A DNA stretch of 64,000 nucleotides from Octopus sinensis (lineage: Eukaryota): contig NC_043010.1 in assembly GCF_006345805.1 (NCBI RefSeq), forward strand, positions 17,360,001 through 17,424,000, read 5' to 3'. Each line of letters opens with the position of its first letter. The first letter of the stretch is position 1. Under the pieces are notes generated by a model. It was not told where the DNA came from, did no database searches, and saw nothing but the letters and a program-made list of their open reading frames with translations. A program made the translations under genes and the position numbers. Shown here piece by piece: positions 45,336 through 57,720 of the stretch.

Positions 45336-47029
45336 AAAATTTGGTAATATGTGTGCGCGCCGCCATTCTTTTTTTTTTTTTTTTTCACATTGATATTCCG
45401 AGACAGTCGTAATGAATCCCACCTGAAAGGTATTTGGAGAAAATTTCGTTCAAAAAATATCCATTTTATGAAAGTTATGAGGAAACAAAGTCGAACGCGG
45501 GTCACACTTGAGTAGGTATGCTTAATATAAATATAGATCATACAGGTCAGACGTAGCTGTGTGGTAAGAAGTTAGCTTCCCAACATGATTCCGGGTTCAG
45601 TCCCACTGTGTAGCATTGAGCGAGTGTATACTACTATGGTCGCGGGCCAACCAAAGGTATGTAGGTAGATTAGACGGAAACTGAAAGCTGCCTATTGCGC
45701 GCGCGTGCCTCTCTGTGTGTGTGTGTGTGTGTTACGTTTCTGTAACATAGCAGTTCGGCAAAAGCGATCGATAGAATAAATATCAGGTTTAAAAAGATAT
45801 CGTGTTGTCAATTCATTCGACTAAAAATTATTCAACGGGGTGCCCCAGCATGACCGCAGTCTAAAGATAAACAGTATGATATATATATATATATTGCCTA
45901 CGATATATATTATAAATATATCATTATACACGCACACATAAATAATGACTAATCGTAAAAAATGAAAATGAAAATATTATTCGGAAATTGTGACATTCCT
46001 ATCGATTATATCAACTTCACCTTTTCGTGTTTCCAAAATACATTATTGCACGTACGCACTTTGTCCAGCTGTCTGTCCTTATAACTAATATTTATCATTG
46101 CACTTGAATATAAAGGAGTGTAGGAGTGTTTCTCTTTTGATCAGTCATTAAAAAAAACAAACTTTGTCGACGAGGTTAGTATTTTTTTTTTTTACTTTGA
46201 ATTGAAGTTGTGTAAGAAAATACCAGATACAATAGGGTTTCCGGAGAAATAAAAATCAAAATCAAAAAGGAAATATATTCAATTGTAGAACTAATAAATA
46301 CCTAAACAGAGAAAATATTAAAAAAAAAACAAACCCGCCGTACCTCAGCAGTTTCGTTTTACGAAGGCTACAACTGCCTTGAAGCACTTCCCTCCGTCTG
46401 CCACGCAAGCAATTAATACGTTCAAAGAATTATTCCAATTGTATTTCTCTATGGTCTATAGTCTACTTTCTATAGTCGTTTTTCCTATTGTATTCATTTA
46501 TTTTTTGCTCTCCATTTGTTATTACGTCGTATTTTTTTTTAAGGATTAATTCGCCACTCATTATCATCAAAGTAACTTTGTAAGCAAGTCTATTTTTCTA
46601 AGCTGGTTCGAACTTCAATTATCGATAATTATACGAACAATAAATATTTGTGAGAACATTGTTTATTACCTGAACACAGGACACACGCAACAACATGGAC
46701 ATAACACAAAGAAATTTGATTGAAGGGATAATTGGGTGTGCGGCAAATGAAAAAAAGAAAGGGGGAAAAAAAGTAATTTTAACTATTTTTATTTTAGTGT
46801 GGAAAATACTTCCTCATTTACATAGCAACCATCTACACCGAACTTATTTCAATACCGACAAAATGTCTATTAAAGATGCTTATTGTGTCTACATTTAGGT
46901 GACCCAAGACATTTTTTGTACCTTCGTCCTGTGTAAGTGTTAAAACTCAGCGATCGTCATTGATAAAAAATAAACCCATTTAGTATTGGTAGTTAGTTCA
47001 TCCTTCTTTTTCTCCTGGCCATGCATGTA

Positions 47030-47268
47030 TAATTTATGAGCGGCTAGCCGTTGAAGCTGCGCTCTGATTGGCTGAAAGCTGCCCCACCTGCGTCTTTATT
47101 GGTTAAGACCATGGAGCCAAGAAACACACCGACTGCTGCTGCTGCTGGCGGAGAGGGCTTTCATCTTTCAGTCCCGGATCTTCCTGAAACTAAAACCCTG
47201 CTCACTAACACTTGGACGCAATTCTGCAGAAATGAACTGAATACCATATTATCTCTCTCTTAAACAAG
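47030..47268 (+). promoter_or_regulatory. Candidate promoter and first exon
   Basis: GC/CpG-rich unique stretch with two ATTGG boxes (47067, 47098), ACCATGG at 47111 opening a 50-codon ORF, and donor AAG|GTGGGT at 47268/47269. Confidence 0.45.
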
Positions 47269-49489
47269 GTGGGTATTAATTGTTATTAATGAATAATATG
47301 AAAGTGGTAAACAAATTGTTTTATATATTCATTGATGTTTGCTTATTATTAGAATTACTTTAAAAATTATTGTTAACATTGTTTTTTTACTATTATTGGA
47401 TTCCAGAAAATTAAAAAGAAAGTTAATTTAAAGTGAAAGAGTGGACAGAAACGAATCTAAGCGCCAAATTGATTCATTCGGTGGACCATGCATCAACCTG
47501 CCACCTCTAGAGGATGTTCGTCCCCTCGATCAGTCGATGAATCATCTGTAACTAAATTCATATTTTTCTCTCTACTTCTTAACTCTAATATATATTTGAT
47601 TTTTTAGTTTGTTGTTCTTTCACCAAAAAAAAAAAGAAAAAGAAAACTGTCATTGTTAACACTATTTTTTTTTTCCTTCTCATTTCTGATGTAATTTCAA
47701 TTGATTAAATATTCCTTTTGGCTCATTATATTAAATGTATAAGCTAGCACTTTACTGTATTTTGTTCATGCAGATAACATCCCCGGGAACATTTTCCACA
47801 GTAATCACACGTGTTTAAAGGTAGATCTAATATTGAATGTGTGTGTGTATGTATATATATATATAAATATATAAAATTATGTTCAGTTTATAATGAGGCT
47901 TTTATAATTCAACTAATTAAAGCCCGTATAATTAATATATTACGTGGCTAGACTATATTGAAACGTAAAACCAAGTTTATTATTGTTTAATGCAATGAAG
48001 CTTTCTCCTCTTAAACTGTTTTATATATCTATTGAAAACTTAAAAGAAATGAAATCTTAGTTTCCCTCCTAACCTCTACCTGTCAGACAAACCAGAGAAG
48101 CTCACCTATTTAATCTAAAATTTCTCGATTGATTTATCGATTTCTGTCATATAACTCGCATATAACTTTTCTCATTCTCTCTCTCATCTCATTTAAACAC
48201 GTTTCATTCATCTCTACCATAATTTCTTTTACAAATAATTAAATATGCGTGTGTGTGTAAAAGTGATTTTATCTAATTGTAGATTTAGAAACAAGAACCC
48301 TAACAATCTTGAGACCGCATTAATTATTTCTTTAAGCCGGAGTGTTAATGAATTTGTTAAATTATTAACTGGACAAAGCAACAAATTATTGTTTGAAAAG
48401 AGATTTCGTTTATGTTGGATTATGATGACCAATTATCCTGAAATTAGATCGGAATTTTCCTAAAGGTTTATTCATTCATTGAGGCAAAATAGGGAAGCCT
48501 TAAGTGTGTGCGTGTAATATACATATTTATAAGTAGTTGAGTCGTAGTGACCAATGGTTTCATGTACACCGGACATAGTAAACGAATCCGGACTAGTCAC
48601 TTATCAGAATTTTGTTAATTTCTATTTAAAGAATCAGACTTTAAAAATATTAAAAAAAAATTTTTTTTTGATGTAACATCGGTCTATGACCGTCTTAGCC
48701 ATGTTTGTGTGTGTGTTGTAAAGTTAATAAAAAGTTTAAATTTTATTTAAGGTATTTTTCCGACATCGGTAAAAGTATTTTTGTCTGTAAACCGAGAAAA
48801 TTGGTTTCAAGTTTTCGGAATCGCTAATTTCTAAATATTTGTGGAAATACTTTATCTCACAAATGTCAGTGCAGATCGATATGAAATTTCATCATCAATA
48901 TCCGTTGATGATTGACAGATATCTACTATGTAACGGAAGCATATTCACTTAAAGTTTGGATATTCACTCGTTATTTGACGCTTTGTTTTCATTGCTCAAT
49001 ATAAATATCAGCTGTTATAATATTGAAAATGGGATTGTGTTGTGAAGTTTAAAGCTGGGCCCTGGACAGGGAAAAAAAATCTATCAAATGCTGTTACCTA
49101 CTTGTTGGAACAGTTTTAAGTGGCAACGTATGTAGGAATGGTAATCGCAGAGAATTTATGACAATAGTTACACTGAAAAGATGCTTCTCTTTTTTTCTCC
49201 AGTCTTCAGCTGATAACACTATTCTCTCCTGATGTGAATGGACGTTCATTGTATCATCAGCCGCCAGTTTCATTAACGGCTGACGTTCAATGTCAGCTTG
49301 ACCATTTCTTTCCCAGCCCTACCACTCCAATGGAGGGACGGGTGGCAGTCCTCCATGTGGTCCCTCGACATGCTAGAAATAGGAGTTAAATCTCTCAGAT
49401 TACACACCACTGTCTAAAGAAAAAACAATTTGATCATGATGGGGTCGGTGGGTTAAATGAATTGTCATGGTTTTGAATCCTACATATTC

Positions 49490-49715
49490 CTCTAGTTTGT
49501 CTGTGTCTGTCTATCTATCTGTCTTTCTTTCTGTCTATCTATCTATCTACTTGTCTTTCTGTCTGTCTGTCTATCTACTTGTCTTTCTGTCTGTCTGTCT
49601 ATCTACTTGTCTTTCTGTCTGTCTATCTACTTGTCTTTCTGTCTATCTATCTATCTATCTATCTATCTGTCTCTCTGTCTCTCTCTCTCTGTCTGTCTGT
49701 CTCTCTCTTTCTCTC
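49490..49715. repeat. Compound (CTGT/CTAT) microsatellite with about 22-26 bp higher-order unit
   Basis: ctgtctgtctatctacttgtcttt repeated about 4 times. Confidence 0.9.
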
Positions 49716-50743
49716 AATCTATAGCTAATTATTTCTGTGTCTACCTATATAAAGAAGAGACTTCTGATTTTTTTTCTTCTTATATGCAATGTTTTGAACA
49801 TCGGAGATTCAGAATCTAAAACAAAATATCTAAATCTGAATGTCTTCCAAGACTAACAATAATACTAACGCGGTGTGTCCTGTAATAACGTGGCATCCGG
49901 ATTAACCATTTTGATGCCGATGAGAGAATAATCTGGCCACCGACTTCGGTTTCCATTTTCTATTAAATAATTAAAGCATTGTAGTCGTTTCGTGAATCCT
50001 CTCAGTGTAATATTATAGCACCAATAATACAGACTCTTTCTGGGTATATTATGAAAAAATCCGGATCAACCGGCGGCACGGTGTCCTCATATTTTGTCGA
50101 AACACGTGAGTCAGTATTATCTTGTGGCAGACTTGTCGCTAACTACATGTTTTAAAATCATATTGTTGGGTCTTCTTCACTTCATGCTTTTTCATAATTT
50201 TTTTTATCGTGTCCACTAATGAGATTGCTTTCATTAATTATAGAAAGTGAAATCATTTGTACTATTACTACATCCATTATATTAATTACTGAAAAAAGGG
50301 GCGAGCTGGCAGGCTCGTTAGCACGCCGGACTAAAATGCTTAGCGGCATTTCGTCCGTCGTTGCATTCCGAGTTCAAATTCCGTTAAGGTCGATTTTGCC
50401 TTTCCATCCTTTCGGAGTTGATGAAATTTGTACCAGTTGTACACTAGGGGCCGATATAATCGGCTAAACCCTTCCATCCCTCCCTTAAAAAATTCAGGCT
50501 TATAGTTGTAATGTTTATATTGACCTCTGATGTGGTGAGCTGGCGAAATCGCTTTGTGCGTCGGATAAAATCGTTAATAGCATTTTTTTTCTTCTGGTTC
50601 TTTACGTTCGAAATTCAAATGTTGCTACGATCGAATCTTGCTGAGATCAAATCTTTACCTTTTATTCTTTTGTTGTGGATGATATCAACCGACTCGCTCC
50701 ACCCCCCTAAAATTGCTGCCTTTGTGCCAAAAGTTGAAATTAT

Positions 50744-51156
50744 GGATCTTTTCAGTTTGAATGGCAGTTTTTAACATAATTTCTAGGTAACTAAAAAATT
50801 TTAAACTTCGTATACTGGTAGAATGTGTTTATAAAACATCTTTTTCTCTTGGCTTTATTGAGAAAATTCTATAGTTTGTAAGATATTTGTTGTTTTTTTT
50901 CCTTCAATTTCTGCAATTTCAACCGATCACTGCCGTCTATTGAGGTAAAAAAACATTCTGTGCCGTATGAATATGTCCCTCGTTTAAGAAACAGATTGGG
51001 TTTATTTACATTTGTGAAGAAAAACAGATAGCCTTCCTCCCACCCCTAACCCTAACACAGATTGAAATGCAATAGATCGATACTAGGGTCATATTTATGG
51101 GTGACAATTTCATATGACACCGCTAGAAAAAACTGCCGTTCAAACCGAAAAGTTCC
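50744..51156. mobile_element. Merlin-like MITE (copy 2)
   Basis: Same TIRs and body as 23059-23462; TSD gaaattat/aaaattat. Confidence 0.85.
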
Positions 51157-52253
51157 AAAATTATTGTAATTTTTGTTGTCTTGTGTAGGTCATTATGCCA
51201 ATAACAACAAAATTTATTTCAACACACAAATTCACATTGAGAATCAGGCAAACTAAATATGAAAACGAAACTATTATAATTATTATTTTTGAAAAACTTT
51301 GCGAAAAAACTTGGTAGGAAAAACTGATCTCTGAAAGTGAAAACAATTTTAAAACCGTTTAAGGAAAAGTGTATAAGATGGCTGAATGTTTGAGAAGGCA
51401 TGATCTGGAATTTTGTATGTTCTTCTACATCCTTTGAGGTTTTTGGGATTAAATTATTATGGCTAGATGGTCCTTCATCTTATGATTGCAGCATCATTTG
51501 GGATTGCTCAACAATGTGAGTTGTTTTAGGACAACACATTTTTTAGTAAAATATTCCTGAACCTATTTCATTGTTGTCTTTGGATTTGCAGGAATGACAG
51601 ATTGAGTTTCGCTCAACAGGAATAAAAGAAGAATTTCTTTTTAATATTAAAATATGACTATTGTAATTGATTTACAAACCTTGGCTGTAACAATCTGTAG
51701 TCTTGTGTGTGTGTGGCAAGTAAGGTGTATACACATAAATATATAACTAGCATTTTGTTGGTTACAAGTGGCTGAGCACTCCACAGACACGTGTACCCCT
51801 AATGGTAGATCTCAGGGAGATTCTGCGTAACACAGAATGTGACGTGGCCAGCCCTTTCGAGCTACAGGTACAACTTATGTTTGCCAGCTGAGTGGACTGG
51901 AGCAATGTGAAATAAAGTTTCTTGCTCAAGGACATAGTGTGCTGCCAGTTTTCGAGTCACGACCTTTATGACCATGGGCCAAATATCCTAATTGCCTAGC
52001 CATGTGCTTTCACATAAATATATACATACGTATATGTGTGTATATAGATAACACATATCTGTGTGTACAAGCAAGAATATGTACATATTTCATCATCCTC
52101 CTTTTAAATCTACTTCCCATGCTATCAGAGTTTAAATGAGTCATCACAGTTCAAGTTGTTCCTTATTTGCAGCCACTGGTCCAGTAAACTGGTGTTCTTA
52201 GCCATCCTTTGCTTTGGTTTCTATGATCGGATGCCCTTCCTATTGCCAACCAC

Positions 52254-52625
52254 TTACTCTTTACTTGTTTCAGTCATTTGACTGCGGCCGTGCTGGAGCA
52301 CCGCCTTTTAGTCAAGCAAATCGACCCCAGGACTTATTCTTTGTAAGCCTAGTACTTATTCTATCCGTCTCTTTTGCTGAACCGCTAAGTTACGGGGATG
52401 TAAACACACCAGCATCAGTTGTCAAGTGATGTTGGCGGGGGGACGGGGACAAACACATACATATATGACAGGCTTCTTTCAGTTTCCGTCTACCAAATCC
52501 ACTCACAAGGCTTTGGTCGGCCCGAGGCTATAGTAGAAGACACTTGCCCAAGGTGCCACGCGGTGGGACTGAACCTGGAACCATGTGGTTGGTAAGGAAG
52601 CTACTTACCACACAGCCACTGTGCC
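52254..52625 (-). mobile_element. SINE (family 1)
   Basis: Reverse-complement match to 19003-19369. Confidence 0.88.
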
Positions 52626-53379
52626 TATCTTCACAAAGAGTTCTGGATGAATTTTCTTGTGTCTCCAATGCTAGAGTTTGAAGGGGTGTCACAACCTCAT
52701 TTGGCAACCACTCTTCAGAATGTATTGAGCACATTTTTTTCTTCTACCAGCATTGGAGAGGTAGTCTTGATCATCATTCATCTAACGAGGGAGTGTGGCA
52801 GGTACTGTGTTAACATCAGCACAGGAGGAGGTGGTGTGCCTTGTACACAGTAAATGTAGAGAGAACTTTGTAACCTGAGGTTGACGAGACAAATAGGAGA
52901 GGAAGCAATGACATCAGAAATGCAATAAATAGTTAAGTGTAGAGAGTACAATATAACGTAGAATGTAAATTTGTTCAGGTGTCCAAAGAAGGGAACAGAA
53001 GAGGAAGTAATGACGTCAAGATTAGAGTGGGTGTGAAGAAAGGTAAGAGTGGGTGATGGGTGGCAGTAGAGGTGGCCCAAAGGTGAGGAAGTGTGCTGGC
53101 TGGTTAGTGCATTGGGTGGGTAAGGGTGGTCTAAAGCAGCCTTTTATGTGTAGACATAATCAAGGATGAGGGGTTGTGGTCAGCACAGATGGTGAAGAGA
53201 GTGATAAGGAACAGGGTAAGAAACAGATGGGGTGGGGTGGGGTCAAGAATGCAAGGTGAAGAGGTAGCAAAAATATCTCCGCTTCTAAACACTACTTTTG
53301 TGTCAGGGTATGTTTTACTGTAAGTGGTCAGATCTTCATAATTCTGCCTATTGCCAGTCCAGTTGTTTGTCAGTTGAGT

Positions 53380-54330
53380 TGCATTATCTTCAGGTCAGTC
53401 TTCACTTTGTTTCAAGTGGGTCCACATCAAAATCTACCAACTTGGAGTAGTCTATACTCTAGTGTCAGCTGTTGTTCTCTATATGTATCCCATGCCAATA
53501 CTACTACTACAATCTTCTCTCTCTTACACTGCACTTGATTTCTCGTTTACCCAGTCTTTCTCTTAACCCATTAGCATTAACCATCCATTGGAGCACACTT
53601 GCCTCGTTTCTTACTAATCTTTACACTTAAGGCCACACCTCACTATCATGCTGCATCATGGTTTCCACACAAGCATCATACAATCTCACCTTCACTTTGA
53701 AGGAGAAGCTCTTTGTTTTCTGCAGGGGTAGTAATATACTCCTGCTCGCTTTTTTAACCCTTTCATACTATGATTACTCTACTTTCTAAACAACTATCTC
53801 TCCTTCTAATTATGCTGTCACCTAGGTAACAAAAGCTATCAACTATTGACCCTGCCGGGCATTTAAGTGTCTATTTCCAGTGGTCTCTTGGTGCATATTG
53901 TTCCAGTGTATCTGTCACATACAAGTTTAGCTTCTCTGTCTGTGATTCTTTTGTATGACAGCATAAGGAGCTTATACTTAGCCTTTTCTGCTTGTCAAGC
54001 TAGGCCATTTCCATAACAATACTGGGATCCTGTCTTCTTTAATCTTTACTAAATTGATTCTGAGTCTCTTCACTCTGACTTTGGTTTGGAATTTTCACAT
54101 TGGATTCAGATATGGAAAAAAAATCTACATCCTTAGCATACAGAAGTTCCCATTAGACAGCTGGTCTATGAATTTGGAGTGGAATATGAGTTGAATGTGT
54201 TTTCTGGGCAGTAAAGATGAATTGTAGGCAGAGATGGAGAAATCTGCATCTCTCCCAATGCTTTCAAACATCTTCCTTGTGCTTTGCTGTTGATATTGAC
54301 TTGTTAGGAAACAGGAGAGCAGAACTCCGG
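53380..54330 (-). mobile_element. RTE-clade LINE remnant
   Basis: Decayed ELLYA(D)D, LR(V)NL, RLYDACV and RNEASVLQWM motifs on the minus strand. Confidence 0.7.
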
Positions 54331-54339
54331 GAGCTCACC

Positions 54340-54580
54340 ACCAAAAACGGGCAAATTATGAGCATACTAGATGGACATCAGCTCTGAAAAGAGCAACATG
54401 ATGCTGAAAGAAAGGAACTTGAAGTGGTTACCTTCAAGTGCCTATGATTCACTTGGTTTAGCTTCTGCTTTCATGACAAAGCTGAACGCCATAGTTTCCC
54501 AATTAGATTTAAAGTGTACAAGTCTCTGGTGCCATCAATCCTTTTGTATGGGTGTGAGAGTTAGTCTTACAGCTGATGTA
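54340..54580 (+). mobile_element. Second RTE-clade fragment
   Basis: MDISSEKSNMM; LEVVTFK; FKVYKSLVPSILLYGCES. Confidence 0.7.
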
Positions 54581-54869
54581 TAACAAGGAATCCAGGGACT
54601 CAGTGCCACCAGAAATTGCATCAAGTACACACAGAAAAGTATTGGCATTAGGAAGAGCCTCCAATTGCAGAAACCAAGCCAAGTGACATATGTAAGCAGC
54701 TGGATTTTGGGGAAGTGACTCAGACCATGATGCTTGGGTGGGAGGTGGGCACAAATGGTTAAGAACTTTGCTTCCCAAACATGAAGTAGAAACTGTCCCT
54801 GGTGTAAACAATGTAGAGGAATTGTAGTCAGGCATGCTTTCTATGTGACAGAGGCACCGAAGCAATTAA

Positions 54870-56400
54870 CCCTCGTTAGGTTAATTAAACTTTTATGCAA
54901 ATACTGAATTAATTTAGGATTGATTGAAATTGACCTCCCCAAGTTATGTGTACAATTACTAAAACCAGTCTTTTGATCTTTATTCCGTATTTATTGTATT
55001 CAGAAATAATACCTTGGTTCACTTAGAATCAATCATTTCCATGTTTTTCTACAAAGAATTATTAAACACGGTAGCATAAGGGCATGTCTGTCAGATTCAG
55101 AACAGTAACCATTGTTCATTTTGTAATGAACCTCTGTGTGTGTGAAGGGGTGGGGGGTATCTTTCAAAGCAGGAAACCACACACAATACGTTTTCACACA
55201 CTGATTGCCAGTGTCTTGCATCTCCATGATTGCACAAAGCACCGAGTGTATGTCTTCTCAGGCTTATGATTGCACACAATGCATTTGTTGGGTTCTGTGC
55301 CATGGCACCCCATTTAGCAGGAATGAGTGATGGGAAATAGTCCTCACCAAGTCTGTGTTCAGGGTCAGTTGATGAAAAGAAGTGTCCTCAGTTAGGTGAA
55401 GGCTCAACAAAACTTCTGACCAACCGATGGGTAGTTTTTTTTCCAAACTGTGGATGTGACTGGATTTCTCTGTGCCATGGTGGTTTTCTTGGAGACACCA
55501 TAAACAACTTTCACTGCTAATAAGTTTATCAAGTGAAAGAAAAGCTTCTGCCACCATTTCATGGTTTTTCTAGTAAAGGTGTAGTATTTTCACCACCGTG
55601 ATCAACAACCCACCATGTTGTTGTGAAAGATGTTTGTTGACGATTGGTATTCCCAAGTGGTCAACTTCATTTGTAATTGACAGGGTTGTTGAGGGTGGCA
55701 TTATCATCACACTTGTCAGACCATTTTATTGCCAGTCGGTGTCCACTTCACCTTCCATCAATTTGATTTACAAGACAAGGACCTCTCAGCAATGAAGACA
55801 AACTGTTTCAGTGACATAAAGGTTAGTAGTACAAAGTTCATCAAAAAGAACAGGGAATGTGTTGCAGTTAATCTACAAAAGCATAATGTTCTTGTGGATC
55901 TCATTAGTTTTCCTCAACAGCCCTATGACAGCAGTGAAGCTGTGCCCCATGTTCCTTACCATCAGGCTGAGGATTATAGTCACAACCTGAAGGCACATGG
56001 AAATCACATGTAGAGTCCAACTGACTTTCACACAACAGACAGTTTGGTTTCAGATTTGTCTGACTCTTTTGGGGTTATATGTTCTGAATTTCAAGCATCC
56101 TTTCCAGTGTACCATACCTTCATCAATGCACAGGTTTTTTTGTTTTTTTCCAGGGTGGTAAATATCTCATAACTGGTATGTGATGATTGGTTTATAGGTT
56201 GGTCTCATTTCGTAGCATAATTGAAGTCCTTTCGTTCTGGGGCTGCCATATGGCAACAACTTCCTGTATCTATTCCTGGGCATGTGTTCTCTAAATTCTG
56301 GTGTATGCTTAGGTTTGTCCATGGAGCAGTTTGCATTGAGCACTGGCTTGTTCCATCATCCTCCCCATCAACATTGTCAAGCTAATTTCTTCACCCCATT
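54870..56400 (-). mobile_element. piggyBac transposase remnant with terminal repeat
   Basis: Minus-strand motifs TPEFREHMPRNRY, AIKWSDK, YYTFTRKTMKWWQKLFFHLI, HFPSLIP and the C-terminal C..CFE.Y. TTAA|CCC terminus at 54866-54872. Confidence 0.8.
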
Positions 56401-56999
56401 TCTACAAGTCACAACATGAAGTTATGGAATTTTGATTGTTTTGACCAACAGAATTGACTGAGGTATCAATTGGTCTCTGCTGGGTTCAGTTCAGATTCTG
56501 TGCCTTTCACATAAAGAATGAAGTAGTCAAGTGATGATGCATTTGTATTGGCAGTGAGGGGCCAGTTCAGCTGCAAGTCCCTGGGAAAACCCCCACTTGT
56601 CAATAGCTGTTTGACACTAATCTGTATGAATGCTCCAGCATCTAATGAAATCATGTTTTAAGGATCAAACTCCTCAAATTTGATGTGAGAATCCAATACT
56701 TAAGTCCAAATCAAAGAATTTAGTTTCTACCAAACTGCTGAAAAACGTTGAAATTGAAGTTGTTCTAAGTTGGTGATATAACATGTTAATAATGCAAATC
56801 AGTTTTCACAGCCACTTTCTATTGGCCTGTATAAATATGTGTGTACTACATTGTCTGAAATGTGGAGAATTTCAGAAAGTACCTCATCAAAACTGAGATA
56901 ACTTGGTTCCTGTGTCTCCAGTTACCATTGCACGGAATTGAGCCTCTCTGCACTGTAAGGGTCAAGAGCAGACTGGACTAAGACTCTCTTATATGCTTG

Positions 57000-57720
57000 G
57001 TCATCCCACTAGAATTAGTTGATAACCTTTGTTACTTAGGTAATAATTATCAGTGGAAGCAGGTGTTCAGAAAGTATAATAGCTAAGGTAGGACTAGGCT
57101 GGGGAAAGCCCAGAGAGCTTTTAACTCTGGTGGTAATGGGTGTTTCCCATCAGTAAAAGGCAGATTGTATGTCACTTGTGTTTGAACTCTAATACTGTGT
57201 GATAGTGAGATGTGGGCCTTGAATATGGAAGACTTGTGAAAACTAGAAAGAAATGAAAACAGCATCTCTGATAAATGTGTGTGAATGCTCAACTACAAAT
57301 GAACTGAGAAAAGGTTGCACAGGTGTGGACAATAAGGTGGCAAGCTGGCAGAACCGTTAGCACACTGGGCGAAATGCTTAGCGGTATTTCGTCTGCCGTT
57401 ATGTTCTGAGTTCAAATTCCACCGAGGTCAACTTTGCCTTTCATCCTTTCGGGGTCGATTAAATAAGTACCAGTTACGCACTGGGGTCGATATAATCGAT
57501 TTAATCCATTTGTCTGTCCTTGTTTGTCCTCTCTGTGTTTAGCCCCTTGTGGGTAGTAAAGAAACAGGTGTGGACAATATGAACGGAGGGCGTTTTCAGC
57601 ATAAAGAAGTGCTGAGAACTTCAAGTTAGTGGAATGTATAGAAGAGGGAGATTGAGGAAGACTTGGGATAAAGTGGTGGAGGCTGACGTGATGATGTTGC
57701 ATCTTATGGAAGAGATGACA
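57000..57720 (+). mobile_element. RTE-clade LINE remnant interrupted by a SINE
   Basis: LELVDNLCYLG; VKGRLY...DSEMWAL...KLERNE. Confidence 0.7.
57335..57563 (+). mobile_element. Full-length SINE (family 2) with 16-bp TSD
   Basis: TSD acaggtgtggacaata at 57319-57334 and 57564-57579. Confidence 0.93.

Noticed and set aside
48245-48465. Plus-strand ORF bounded by AG/GT-like sites as a coding exon
   Set aside because: A stop precedes the donor, the other frames are closed, and no motif is recognisable.
49980-50010. Minus-strand ctgagaggattcacgaaacgac as a minimal hammerhead
   Set aside because: The core lacks one nucleotide, there is no U16.1, and stem I does not pair.
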